The notes under the pieces are model-generated. The model made no database searches. It was not told the origin of the DNA and was given only the letters and a program-made list of their open reading frames with translations. From assembly GCF_004010195.1 (NCBI RefSeq), contig NC_057749.1, forward strand, positions 8,783,969 to 8,847,968: a DNA stretch of 64,000 nucleotides, read 5' to 3'. Source of the DNA: Chiloscyllium plagiosum. Taxonomy: Eukaryota. Shown here in pieces: positions 22,850-35,299 of the stretch; the first letter of the stretch is position 1, and the number at the start of each line of letters is the position of its first letter. Made by a program: the position numbers and the translations under genes.

Positions 22850-23295
22850 CCCTTGACAAGGTTCTACATGGGAGGCTGATCAGTAAAGATAGATCACATG
22901 GGATTCAGGAAGCTTGTCAGTTGGATACAATATTGGTTTGACGGTAGGAGACAGAGGGTGGTGGTGGAGGGTTGTTTTCTGAGCTGGAGGCCTGTTCCAC
23001 AGGGATTGGTGCTGAATCCATTGCAGTTTGTCATTTATATCAACAATTTGGATGAGAATTTAGGAGGAATGGTGATTAAGTTTGTGGGTGACACCCAAAA
23101 TTGGTGGTATGGCCGAACATGAAGAAGGTTATCTAAGATTACAACGAGATCTTGATCAATTGGGCCCATGGGCTGAAGAGTGGCAGATGGAGTTTAAGTT
23201 GGATAAATGTGAGGAATTGCATTTTGATAAAACAAACAAGGGTAAGACTTAGACAGTTGATGGTAAGGCCCTGGGGAGTGTTGTATGACGTTTTG
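22850..23295 (+). mobile_element. Internal CR1 reverse-transcriptase fragment
   Basis: DKV.HGRL..K; GRRQRVVVEGC; VPQG.VL.P..FVIYIN.LDE; KF..DT. Confidence 0.88.
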
Positions 23296-23719
23296 ACTCT
23301 AAGAAGCTTGATGCTATCCAAGACAAAACAGCCCACTTGATTGGCACCACATCCACAAGCATCCACTCCCTCCATCACTGACACTCAGTAGCAGCAGTGC
23401 ATGCCATTTACAACTGCTGTACCAACTGGAAGGATTATAAGGGCAGATACACAGAAACATCACCAACTACAGGTTCCTCTCCAAACCACTCGCCTCCCTG
23501 ACTTGGAAATATATCACAGTTACTTCACCGTCGTTGGATCCAAATCCAAGAGCTCCCTCCCAAAGAGCATTGCAGTGGTTTCTACAGTGGAAAGACTTCC
23601 TGGCTTCAGCTACCTCTCCAGCACCTTCTCTGGAATAATGTGGGATCGACAATAAGTGTTGGCCTAGCCTGAAAGTTGAGGCCAAACATTGAGTGTTTTC
23701 AAGAAGGAGTTAGACATAA

Positions 23720-24010
23720 TGGCGGAACAGTGGTTAGCACTGCTGCCTCACAGCGCCAGAGACCCGGGTTCAATTCCCGCCTCAGGTGACTGACTGTGTG
23801 GAGTTTGCACATTCTCCCTGTGTCTGTGTGGCTTTCCTCCGTGTGCTCCGGTTTCCTCCCACAGTCCAAAAATGTGCAGGTTAGGTGAATTGGCCCATGC
23901 TAAATTGCCCATAGTGTTAGGTGTAGGGGAATGGGTCTGGGTGGGTCGGTGTGGACTTGTTGGGCCGAAGAGCCTGTTTCCACACTGTAAGTAATCTAAT
24001 CTAATCTAAT
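23720..24010 (+). mobile_element. HE1 V-SINE inserted in a CR1 3' remnant (23672-24150)
   Basis: CR1 ttcaagaaggagttagacata resumes as tcttggggttaaagggg after the (taatc)n tail. Confidence 0.88.
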
Positions 24011-24329
24011 TCTTGGGGTTAAAGGGGTCAAAGAGCATGGGACATAAGCGAGACCAGGGGACTGAGTTGGATTATCAGCCAAGATTATGTCAATGGTAGG
24101 ACAAGCTCAAGGGGCTGATTAGCCTACTCGTGGTCCTATTTTTTGCATTTCAAGTTTAAAACAAAAGAATAATCTGTTGATTTGACTTCATTTGACTATG
24201 GAGGTCATTGGCGTCAAGTCAAATTCTCTTTGCTGACTGCACACAGTCGGTCATCAGATGGATCTTCAACAGCTTTCTGACGTGGGAGTTGTCTGGCTGA
24301 CAATACTAATCGATTGATCAAATGGGAGG

Positions 24330-24790
24330 CAAAGGACTTGGATTTATACAGGACTTTACAAATCCCCCAGATGTCGCAAAGCTCTTTACAGTCAATGCAA
24401 TACTTTCAAAGTGTTTGCTGTGATGGTGGAAACATGGTAACCAATTGGTGCACAGCAAGATCCCTCCAATTAGCAATGCCGTCATGACCGGGTAACATTG
24501 TTGCAGTAACACTGGCCGGAGGGTGGTGCAGAGGACTGCACTGCATCTCCTCAAAGTGCTGCCTTGGGAACGCGCACATCTGCCAAGTACTCTTGACACT
24601 TCACTCAAAAGGTGGCACCTCCAACACTGCAGCAGTGCGTCTGTGCTGCACTAGAGGTTTCTGCTCAAGCCCTAACCCAGGGATGGGTGAGAAGGGGCTT
24701 TGAGTGCGGGAGGGTGGGGGTGTTGTTTGGATGTCATCCCAGAACCTTGTGACTCAGAGTGGCTGCCCCCTGAGCCACATGACTGAGCGG
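24330..24790 (-). mobile_element. Deu-domain SINE
   Basis: gcacagcaagatccc; aaaggtggcacctccaacactgcagca; cccagaaccttgtgactcagag..ctgagccac. Confidence 0.65.
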
Positions 24791-25944
24791 GAAAGGGTTA
24801 ATTGTCTAATTCAGTGACAGTCCAGCCCTGAAAGAAATGTTAAATCTGGTAGCCATTCTTGGGAGTCAAATTGAACTTCCATTTGGAAGGGATTATTAAT
24901 AGGTCATGTGGTAATTGTAGTCAGATAAAGGCCTGACAAAAGGCTTCTGATTAGTATAAAAATTCTGGTGTTGAATTACATTTAACATGTCACCTACAGG
25001 AAGATGGACTCCAGTTGGGGATAATGGACTCTAGTCAGAGATAATGACAAGAAGCTATAGGATTAGAGATAGCCTTCTGAATAAACACAGCTGGCGTCTG
25101 CTCACTGCCTGCTGCACAGAAATACTGCTCCTCCTGATTTATTTAGTTCTGAAGAAGCTACCTTTCTCCTCTGGTTATTTACAGTGTTGTGCCTGTCAGC
25201 TCTTAAAGCCATTCCAAAAAAAAAGAAAGAAAGAGCTCTTTTGTAATAGTCCCTTTCATGTCCTTGGGAATCCTTAAAGTGGTTTCTATGTTGACCCAGA
25301 CTTAGTTCAATGTTTTATGTGAAAAATGCCAGCTCTGGTGATATCGATAGAATTTATATCAAATTCCTGCCACAGGAACAGCCACCGGACCCAGCCGCTA
25401 TGGCCCAGTGTTTGTGAGCCTGCTCCTGTGATACTTCATCCATCTGTACCTCCGCTCCCTTATTGATCTGTCTCACTTACTCTTAATTACTGTTCCCCGT
25501 CAGCGCTGCACTGACGTTTCGAGTGAGGTCAGGAGCTCAAAGCCAGAACGGGAATTGAACTCCCGATCTTCTGACTCTGTTAAAGGGGTGAGAGTGCTTT
25601 AACCTACTGGACAAACTGGAAAGGCTGAGGCTTTCTGAAGTTGAAGTCGCAGTGGGTTACAGGTGCTCAAACACTCCAGACCCTGGTGGAAAATCCCCTT
25701 TGCAGAGGAATGGGATTGAATTTGTAATAAGTGGGTGAGGGCCACACTGTGCGGGATTTTGTAGGTAAACAGACACCCACATTCGCCCCATTATCTCAAT
25801 ATCATTATTAAAGCCTTGCCCTTTTCTTTGGATCTTGGCAATACATTGAAGACACAACAGCTGCAGGAATGCATTCTAAGGTTAATGTGGTACTATTCAC
25901 TGGGTGCGTTTCGTGTCTGTATATTATGATTTATGATTTTTTTA

Positions 25945-26615
25945 AATTTCAAAAATATATTTTATTCATAAAAATATCCTTGTACATAGTCCCTAAAGCA
26001 GCTTGATTCTGTACATATGGAGAAAGAGACAAACATTGGAGTTTGACTCTGTCCAACAAACCGACCAAAGGCATTTCTTTCTTGTACAACACTGTATTTA
26101 CATATGTTTGAGGCATCGGGAGGGTCTGATAACTATCCATACCCTCATACAGACCAGGAGGCGATGGTCTAGTGATGTTATCGCTGGACTGTTAATCCAA
26201 AGATCCAGGTAATGCTCTTCTGACCTGGATTCAAATACTGCCATGGCAGATAGTGGAATTTGACTTCAATAAAAATCTGGAATTAAGAGACTAACAATGA
26301 CCATGAATCTGTTGTTGATTGTTAGAAAACCACATCTGGGTCACTAATGTCATTTAGGGAGGAAAGCTGTCATCCTTACCCGGTCTGGCCTAAATGTGAC
26401 TCGAGACTCACAGCAATGTGGTTGACTCTTAACTGCCTTCTGGGCAAGTAGGGATGGTCAATAAATGCTGGCCTGGCCAGAGATGCCCACATCCCATGAA
26501 TGAATTTTTAAAATTCAGCAGGGTCTTTCCCCACTTCACCTTGGCAGCATCTGCCCTAAGCTTGACTACGTCCCTCAGCACATTGTCTTGACCTTGGAAT
26601 GTGCCAGTCTGCGCC
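25945..26615 (-). mobile_element. Tx1/L1-clade LINE 3' end, split by SINE family 2
   Basis: QD.VLRD..KL.A.AAK..WGKT C-terminal motif; aataaa plus A-rich tail at ~25945-25965 on the minus strand. Confidence 0.7.
26156..26512 (+). mobile_element. SINE family 2, full length
   Basis: Head, body, tail cccatgaatgaat. Confidence 0.85.
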
Positions 26616-27400
26616 ATGGATTATGCCCCTCCTCCCATTATGAGGAATACCTCAATGGTTTCTTCAGACCCCAGGAGCCCGAATTGCTTTTAGATTGTTT
26701 GAACTGAATCTGATTCTGTCATCTCAGCAATAAACCTTTACCCCACTCCCCACCGATATTCATATAAATTCATATAAAAGAAGGCAGTGTTAATGAGAGC
26801 AGGCATTGTCATAGACAGGATGATCCGGAGGACACAGGGCTCCTGTAAAAGAGTGTCTGGTCTTGATCTGTAAACTCTGAGGATGGGCGAGCATATTTGA
26901 ATCTGGTGGGCATCACAGTCAAGTCTGATATCATCCTTGCCCAATGCCAACTATGGTCAAAGGTCCTTGGTCTACAAGACATTAACGTGTATCCAGGATA
27001 TTTGAGAAGGAGCAATATTCAATGTGCCTCATATCCAGTCAGTGTTCGGAAACTGGAGGCAAATGCAGTCTATCCTAAAGATCCCTTTGGCTGCTAAAAT
27101 ACCACGTTTAGTAATTGCCTCAGTAAACCTCACCATCTCTGTCCACCTTTAAGGCACTACTTTGAAACCAGTCTCTTAAATCAAGTTATTATTGAGTGGT
27201 TGCAACATGCAAACAGGCCATTCAGTCCATTGTGGCTGTGTTGGCCCTTTTGCAAAAGCAACTTCAGTTAGTTCAGTTCCCTTTAATTTTTACCCCTGTA
27301 GTCCTGCATTTTATCTTGCCGGGTAGTGATCCCTTTGAAAGCCAGCTTTGAATCTCCCCCCGTCACGCTGTCAGGCAGTGTGCCCCTTGTGCTGTGAAAT

Positions 27401-27617
27401 ATCATAGAATCCCTACACTGTGGGTGCATAGTGTGGAACCCTACATTACCCATGCCTCCCTGGACATTATGGACAACTTAGCCTGGCCAATCCACACTAA
27501 CCTGCGCATCTTTGGACTGAGAGGACACCCACACACAGACTGGGAGAATGTGTAGCCTGCACACAGACAACAGTTGGAATCGAACCTGGGTCCCTGGTGC
27601 TATGAGGCAGCAGTGCT
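27401..27617 (-). mobile_element. HE1 with internal deletions
   Basis: catagaatccctacac..catctttggactg..gaggcagcagtgc. Confidence 0.8.
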
Positions 27618-28419
27618 TTGATCTAGGCCTGTCATCCCAGTGTTGCCTCTTCCTTTGGCTCGGTAACAGATTATTTTAAAGCCCTTGGGTCATTGCTGAT
27701 GCGAAATGCTCGTTGTTGGGCAGTGGGAGTGTGAGGGTTAAGTGAGCTCATGGTGCTGTGTATCCAATCAGTTTGTGTTGGTCTTGCTGAGCCTCCTGGG
27801 TTAAATTGGATATATGAAGCTCCTGGTGATAATTAAATAGTGGAGCATCTGCTATCGTGACTCCGACTCCTTTTACGTTTTTTTTTGGAGATTTAAACAC
27901 AAAAACAAAACTGATATTCTCCCCACCCCTTTTCACACACTCAGCATCCTGCCATTGGGTATGCTGAGAATTACCCAGAGTCACTTTGATCTTGTTGTTC
28001 AAAGGAAGGTGCTGATTTATATCCATCATTCCTGAAGGCCATTAAAAGCTTCTTTTTTTCCCTGTTGAATCTTGGCCTTGTGTTTATGCACGTGAAAACA
28101 AACAAGAGGAGCAAACCCAGATGTGAGGGATTTTCTTGCACTTGTGCATTTCACCTTGATAATTAATAAGTCTCAATGTTTCTCTGTGTTAAAAGGCACT
28201 AGATAAGTACCAAGTTGTTGTGTGTTCCCAAAGGTGGATTTGTGCCAGAGGCAATCTCTTGCTTCTGAGGCGGAAGGTGCACATCTAGAGACCCAAATCT
28301 TGCCTGACATTTGCACTGGACCCTGAGGGAATCTAGGGTCATAGAGGCCTTCAGCACAGGAAATGATCCTTTGGTCAAAAACAAGTGCCTAACTAGTGGT
28401 CATAGGTGGTAAAAATCCA

Positions 28420-28660
28420 TGTATAGGAAGGGTTGAGAGGGATATGGGCCAAACGCAGGGAAAACTGGGGCCAGTCCAGTTTAGGAAACCTGGTTGGCAT
28501 GGATGTGTTGGGCCGAAGGGTCTGTTTCCATGCTGTATACCTTTATGACTCTAAAGGCAGGAAAATTGGAATTGAGGGTGATAAGATCAGCCATTACCTC
28601 CATTGAATGGTGGAGCAGACTCAAAGGGCTGAATGGCCTACTTCTGCTGCTGTGTCTCAT
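28420..28660 (+). mobile_element. Two adjacent CR1/HER1 3' tails
   Basis: gggccgaagggtctgtttccatgctgtat..tatgactcta; gagcagactc.aagggctgaatggccta. Confidence 0.7.
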
Positions 28661-28804
28661 AACCTGTATTGTTGGATGTGCTGTCTTTCCAATGAGACCT
28701 TAAACCTAGGCCTCAGTGTCCCTCACCCCAAACAGTTGCAAGGAGTGAGCAAAGACTTCCCCCTTTATCAATAGATAACAGCTCGTCCTGCAGCACCAAC
28801 TGGT

Positions 28805-29085
28805 TTTATATTAGTTCATGGGATATGGGCTGTAGTCACATGTAGGCCAGACTGGGTAAGGATGGTTGATTTCTTTCCCTAAAGGACATAACTGAACCAG
28901 ATGGGTTTTAACCATGTTTTACTGGTAACATGGTCATTGTTAGCCTAGCTAGTTTAAATTCCAGATTTTATTGAACTAAAATTACACCATCTGCCATGGA
29001 GGGACTCCAAACTGTGCCCCCACCCGCCCAGTGACATTATCCTGGTGATCTGCATAAGCCCAGTGGGTTTGCTGCTACTGCGTCC
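28805..29085 (-). mobile_element. SINE family 2, diverged
   Basis: agtcacatgtaggccagact; gaaccagatggg; attccagattttattgaa. Confidence 0.7.
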
Positions 29086-29788
29086 CCATTAATCACAATT
29101 AAATTGCGCTCTGTGGGATCTTGCTGTGTGAGAGTGCACTGTTGTAAATGTCGCTCTATAGCAAGTGACAAACGTGTACTCCGCTGGCTGGAGACTGATG
29201 GTCAGAAAGGTGCAACATAAATGCAGGTCCCCGACGAGATGCCGTGTGAAGATGGACTGGCCTTTCTAATTCGCGACTACACCGTCAGGAGAGTTGAGTT
29301 GAAAGGCTTTGATCAGGAGGAACTCCCAACGGAACTGCAGCTTAAGAACAAAGCCATGTGCCATGGGACTGAGAATTTTGGGCATGAGCCATTCATTGAC
29401 CTTATCTTGTTAGCTCCTGTCAAACTGCACGCAGTGCATACCCGGGCATGTTGTCTACCTCTGCTGGGTGGCATTGTTGGCGTGAGTTCTGGTGACCATG
29501 GCAATCCTTCACAGAAGTCTTCAACTGGGGTGCCCGAGGAGTTTGCTGGAATGAAATGAGAGATTGCGTGCAATCTTTGGGGAAATAGCGAGCAGAAGCT
29601 CAGGATAGGTTCCCTGTGTTTGCAATCTGGGTCGTGTGTTCTTGAGGACGATGCTTTGCCAGAGTTGGGGTGTGGGGAGACCGGGAGGTAACATTTTGGG
29701 GTCTCCGTCAACAGCAACGGGCCTGTTGTGGAGCTCAGACTGGCTTCCAACATCGATACTCCCCTTCTCATAATGGTATTCCGAGATT

Positions 29789-30068
29789 TGGGCAGCATGG
29801 TGGCTCAGTTATCAGCACTGCTATCTCACAGCTCTAGGGACCCTCTGGTGACTGTGTCTGTGTGGAGCGTGCACATTCTCCCCATGCCTGTGTGGGTTTC
29901 CTCCGGGTGCTCCGATTTCCTCTCTCAGTCCAAAGACGTGCAGGTTAGGTGGATTGGCCATGGGAAATACAGCGTAGGAACCCGGGCCTGGGAGGGATGC
30001 TCTTCAGAGGGTCAGTATGGACTCAATGGGCTGAATCGCCTGATTCCACACTGTAGGGATTCTATGAT
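29789..30068 (+). mobile_element. HE1 V-SINE, diverged
   Basis: Head, V-domain, tail cactgtagggattctatga. Confidence 0.85.
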
Positions 30069-30094
30069 TATGCTGTCTGGCTCTGGACTTTATC

Positions 30095-30400
30095 AGAAGT
30101 GGAAAACAACCTTTCCACATCGACCTTGTCAAGTCTCTTAAGGATCTTGTATGTTTTAATAAAGTCGCCCCTCAGACTTTTAAAATCCAATGAGCACAGG
30201 CCAAAACTACTCAACCTCTCCTCCAGACCTGCTACCAGCCTAGTGGAGTTTCTCTGGACAGCCTCCAATGCCAGGGTATCTTTCTGTGGATTAGCTGAAA
30301 ACTGTCCGTAATGCTCCAGCTGTGGTTGACAAGTGCCTTGTATAGTTTTAGAGAAAACTCCCTACTTTCGTACCCTCTTAAATAAAGACCAGCATTCCAT
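30095..30400 (-). mobile_element. CR1 fragment
   Basis: EAVQR..TRLV.GL..RL..GL.SL.F..LRGD.IKTYKIL..LDKVDVERLF. Confidence 0.8.
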
Positions 30401-30994
30401 CTCCCCACCGACTCTTAGCTTCAGAGATTTGTGTGGAAACTCCAGGATCAAAGACCTGATGGAATTGACCAATAGATGCCTACTTTTAGAGGGGGCTCCG
30501 TCAGTCCTCTCGGGACGGGGGAGCATGGATGGTGACCCCTCCTACTCCCGTGGCCCAATCATGAAAGGGCTGACCTGGTGACGACTCCCTCAACCAGCAT
30601 CCCGAAATAAGAAGTGATTTAGCCGACTATGTCATTTTGTGGGATCTTGCTGAGCACACGTGTCATGCTGTGTATCTGACAATGAAAAACTGCTTCAAAA
30701 CTGCATTGTTTGATGTGAGGAGCTTTGGAATACCCTGTGGCCGTGCGGGGTGCTAGATAAATGCAAGGCTTTTTCTTGTCTTTCTCACTCTCACTCTTTC
30801 TGTCTCTCTCCCTTCCTCCCTCCCTCTCTTCCTCTCCCCACCCCTCTCTTTCCCCCCACTCTCTCCCCACTTCTTCTGACCCCCACCCCACATCTCAACA
30901 TGACCTCACCTGCGAATGTCTTGTCTAAATGAATGCTTAATTCTGTCATCCTTAGTAGCACATGTTAGTCAACCTCTTTGTAGAAGAGGAGCTA

Positions 30995-31450
30995 TCATAG
31001 AGCTGTGCTGCACGAAAACAGACCCTTCAGTCCAATTTGTCCATGCTGACCAGGTATCCTAAATTAATCTAGTCCTATTTTCCAGCATTTGGTCCATATC
31101 CCTCCAAACCCTTCCTATTCAAATACGCATCCAGATGCCTTTTGAATGTTGTAATTGTATCAGCCTCCATCACTTTCTCTGGCAGCTCATTCCATATACA
31201 CAGCACCCTCTGAATGAAAAGGTAGCCCCTTAGGTGCCTTTTAAATCTTTCCCCTTTCAATTTTAACTTATGCCCTCTAGTTTTGGACTCCCCCCCCATC
31301 CCAGGGAGAAGACCTTGGCTATTCACCCTGTCCATGCCCCTCAAGATTTTACAAACCTCTATAAGGACATCCCTCAGCCTCCGACACTTTGGGAGAGAAC
31401 AGCCCCAGCCTTTCCCCATAGCACAAACCCTCCAGTATCCTTCTAACCCT
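30995..31450 (-). mobile_element. HER1/CR1 3' fragment
   Basis: RRLR..LIEV.KI.RGMDRVN..TRGHK..WNELPE. Confidence 0.9.
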
Positions 31451-32174
31451 GGGCCACTGAGGCCTGATATTGGTTCCCTCGCTGCAAATTGGCTGCACCC
31501 ATTGGCAGGGGAGAGGGGGTGCAAGAGCTAGGCCAACTTCCTTGGTACCGGCAGCTCAGTAGAGAGAGACACCCCGCCCCCATACCGGGAGGTGGTACTG
31601 TCCCTTTTTAAGATGGTGAGCTGTTTGCTCAAGCTGGTGAATCGGCGCGGAGTGTTGTAGAAGTTTACCACTCCAAGCTAACGCTGGCCTGGAATGTCAG
31701 TGCCTGATTCACAGCTTGACCTTTCAGGGTCACCGCCTGTTTCGCATCACTGAGCTTTGGCCTCTTTGCTTTTTATTTTCTTTTTACAGTCCCTAACCTG
31801 TTTAACCAGCGGGAGCCGCAACAGGGGGAGAGAGAGAGAGAGAGAGGAGAATGCAGCCTAGAAATGAGCAATGGGCGGAGGGAAATGGGGAAAGTTTAAA
31901 AGGGAAGCTTACAACACAAGAGGGAACATGTTTCCATTTCTAAGGGTCAGTAACCATCCTGGTTGAGACTTACTTGCCTTGGTGGGGAGATGGGGGCTCA
32001 CGCACGTCACGTTTATCAGGAAGGCAAGAAAATGTTCCTCAACTTCTCTTCCCTTGGTCTCAGTGCCCTGCTCAGCCTCCGGCACACATTCCTGCCAGCT
32101 GTGACTTCACAGGATCGTGCTGCCTGATCAAACTTAAGTCGAGAAAGAGCCTTTGCTCAACGTCCATGTGGCGT

Positions 32175-32435
32175 CAATGAGCAACACACCTCCTTGACTC
32201 CTCAAAGTCTGTCCACCACCTACAAGGCACGAAGTCCGGAATGTGATGGAATACCCCACTTGCCTAGATGGGGGTAGCTCCAACAACAACTGCAGAAGCT
32301 TGACACCATCCAGGACACAGCAGCCCATGCTTGATTGGCACCACATCCACTCCCTCCACCATTGACACTCAGTAGCAGCAATGACATCCACTCCCTCCAC
32401 CATTGACACTCAGTAGCAGCAATGTGTACTACTGA
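32175..32435 (+). mobile_element. Second-family CR1/L2-like fragment with internal 41-bp tandem duplication (32343-32424)
   Basis: tacaaggcac.aagtc.ggaatgtgatggaatac; acatccactccctccaccattgacactcagtagcagcaatg x2. Confidence 0.78.
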
Positions 32436-32540
32436 CAAATAAAAACAGAAATTGCTGGAGAAACTCAGCAGGTCTGGCAGCATCTGTGGAGAGAGGAAGC
32501 AGAGTTAATGCTTCAAGTTCTGTGGCCTTTCTTCAGAACA
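32436..32540 (-). mobile_element. PLE terminal fragment (family D), degenerate hammerhead
   Basis: aaaacagaaattgctggagaaactcagcaggtctggcagcatctg; reverse complement contains ctgaagaa..gaagc. Confidence 0.6.
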
Positions 32541-32859
32541 GAAAGCAGTTCGGACAAAGTCGTTTCTTTTCAATGACAATCAATGATTGTTGCCATGGTC
32601 ACCATCAGGGAGACAATTTGATATTTTACCGTCACCCTATTCAGTGATTGTTACCTGAGTCTGTAATGAATGGGGTTTGAACTTGCCCTTCTGGCCCAGA
32701 GATCTGGACACTGGCACTGCACCATAAAAGATGCTTTATTATGCTGAGGGTGGAGGGTTAAAAGGGTGAGTAGATAAGTGGCAATAGAGCCCAGGGTGAG
32801 ACAACAAAAGCTAGGCAGACAAAGGAAATTTTGTAAAAAACCAGGGAAGAAGAGAAGCT

Positions 32860-33210
32860 AAGGGTGGCAAGGTGGCTCAGTGGTTAACACTGCTGCCCTG
32901 CAGCGCCAGGGACCTGGGCTCAATTCCTGCCTCAGACGACTATTTGTGTGTAGTTTGCTTGTTCTCCCCGTGTCTGCGTGGGTTTCCTCTGGGTGCTCCG
33001 GTTTCCTCCCACAATCCAAAGATGTGCAGGTCAGGTGGATTGGCCATGCTAAATTTGCCATAGTGTTCAGACATATGTAGGCTAGGTGCATTAGTCAGGG
33101 GGAAATGTAGATAATAGGGTAGGGGAATGGATCTGAGTGGGTTACGCTTTGGAGGGTCGGTATGGACTTGTTGGACCAAAGACCTGCTTCCTTACTGTAG
33201 GCATCCTATG
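32860..33210 (+). mobile_element. HE1 V-SINE, full length
   Basis: Head, V-domain, tail. Confidence 0.9.
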
Positions 33211-33217
33211 AGATTGG

Positions 33218-33400
33218 TAAAGTCGTTATCATCTAAGCAGATGATAGGGCTGCTCTCTTTCATTAGAGAGAGTGATGGTTTATCCTGAGGGTCACCATGC
33301 CTCAGGTGAGAGGGCGGATCCTTCCTGGTAACTTCAGCCAGTTTGGGAATTGAAGCCATGCTGTTGGAATCCCTCACCAGCCGTCCTGCTAACTGAACTG
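33218..33400 (-). mobile_element. MER131-like SINE
   Basis: tagggctgctctc..ctgagggtcaccatgcctcaggtgag..gggaattgaa. Confidence 0.6.
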
Positions 33401-33904
33401 GAATCGTGAAGGATTGACAACAAGAGCCATGGCTTCCAATTGGCTCCAGATTGCCAAATTGTAGCTGTATGCCCCAAGATTGTTTGGGTTATTGAGTCAA
33501 ATGATGATGGGGCCACGGTAACATGGGGGTGGGGGCGGTCAGAGGTAGTTCCTCCCTGTGTCGAGTGTTGCAAGCCCTGTCACTGGTAAAGATTGAGACG
33601 TTGTTGGTTTGCAAGATCTCTGGCCACGCGAGGTTCTGGGAAGCTGTAACGATAAGGCAAGAGCCAAGTGAGAAAGAAATGGGTAGATGCAGGGCAAAAC
33701 CAGGCAGGAGTCAGAGGAAGGAAGCTCACGAGTTGGGTGGGTGCTAAGGGTGTGCATTAAGTGATTATGGGGATGGGGTATGTTTGTTTCCTTTAGCCGG
33801 AGCTCATACACGTATATTTCCTCAGGTAAAAATGCAAACATTGCTGAAAGTAAAATTGTAATTTTGATGTAGAAATTTGTTCCATATCATGAAGGTCATC
33901 AATG

Positions 33905-34435
33905 GAGAGGTGATGGCCTAGGGGTATTAGCAGTAGACTGTTAATCCTAGAGACCTAGCTCACAACTGGGTTCAAATCCCACTACAGCAGATGGAAAAAA
34001 ATCTGGAATTAAGAGTCTAATGGTGACTGTGAATCAGAGGGGCAGGCTAATGCTGTGGGAACATGGGTTCAAATCCAGCTACGGTGGATTTTAAATTCAA
34101 TTAATAAAAATATGGAATTGAATGTCAGTCTCTGTTATGGTGACAATGAAGCGATCATTGATTGTCAATTGTTGGAAAAACCCATCTGGTTCACTAATAT
34201 CCTTCAGGGAAGGAAATGCCATCCTTCCCTAGTCTGGCCTACAGTCAAAGAGTGTGGTGCTGGAAAAGCACAGCTGGTCAGGCAGCATCTGAGGAGCGGG
34301 GGAATTGACGTTTCAGGCATTAGCTCTTCATCATGTGACTCCAGACCTACAGTAATGTGGTTGATTCTTGTCTGCCCTCTGGGCAATAAATGTTGACTGA
34401 GCCAGCAACACGCACATCCCGTGAATGAATAATAA
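33905..34435 (+). mobile_element. SINE family 2 (two heads) with a PLE fragment inserted at 34244-34333
   Basis: tctggcctaca|PLE(-)|tgtgactccagacc; the PLE carries a near-complete hammerhead at 34307-34333. Confidence 0.78.
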
Positions 34436-34514
34436 TTTTTAAAAATCATTATCAATGAAATGAACCATAATGGAGGGAAGATTCAGAATAGGAGCAAATT
34501 AGTGGAATCTGTAC

Positions 34515-34670
34515 TGAAAGCAACCAGTGTTGGGGATCACAGCGGGTCAGACAGCATCCGTGGAGACAGAGCAAGCTAATGTTCCGAGTCCAGATGACCC
34601 TTCATCGGAGCTGATGTGAAGTGTGGAGGGGGCAGCATTTGTGCAATAGTAATGGGGGGAAGGGGGTGAT
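34515..34670 (-). mobile_element. PLE terminal fragment (family D-like), degenerate hammerhead
   Basis: Reverse complement ccgatgaagggtcatctggactcggaacatta. Confidence 0.55.
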
Positions 34671-35299
34671 TCATTTATGAATTTCTTGCAAGCATGTCTT
34701 TAAGCAGCTTTCGCAGTGAGAGATCCGGTCTATAGTATCAGTCCAAGATACTGAGAGTGTCAGAAACGCTCTGTATCCATGAGCAGCGAAAAGGGGCTTT
34801 TGCCAGAACTGTGCACATCTATCACTGAAGCAGCCCAGTTTCCCCTGGGAATCCCAATAAGAGAGAACAGTGCTCTTGACTCGTCCCATTTGGTTTGTGT
34901 TGTAATCTCTGCATTCACACTCTCCTTCAGGATATGACAACTGTTCTTTTTCCTTTCCCTCTTCCCCCTTGCTCCCGTCCAAAACAAAACCCTGCTTGCA
35001 ACATCAGACGTGACACAATGCACCTGACTCTGGGTATGAGAAAGCCCTTTGCTTCCCCTTGCCCCTTCAGCAGATGTTAATGCTTCTCAAACACGGCTTA
35101 CCCTTCCCCTCTCTCCTTGAGCTCTCAGGCTTCAGTCACAGCCTCTTCTTCCACTCATATCTGCTCACCACAGCAAAATGCTCCTTCTTCCTGCCCCACT
35201 CACTTCCTCGGCTCTAGATGTGGTGAAACACGAGCAGAGTGTAGCACTTCGCGTAGGGACTTGCAGGTTCGATGTGAAATCATCTTGGAGCTGAACAGT

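Larger units (their letters stand above)
22090..23670 (+). mobile_element. Second-family CR1/L2-like LINE 3' region with three nested insertions
   Basis: Collinear segments WQV.F.PHKC.AMTISNK / PLTFNG..ILGITIDQELN / PQSLS.IYKAQVR / KLD.IQDK.A.LIG, then 3' UTR. Confidence 0.78.

Noticed and set aside
26738..27097. Overlapping short ORFs in unique sequence
   Set aside because: No recognisable homology or exon boundaries; would need BLASTX.
29221..29559. 112-aa ORF with protein-like composition
   Set aside because: It starts in a Deu-SINE tail, with no recognisable domain and no clear splice sites.
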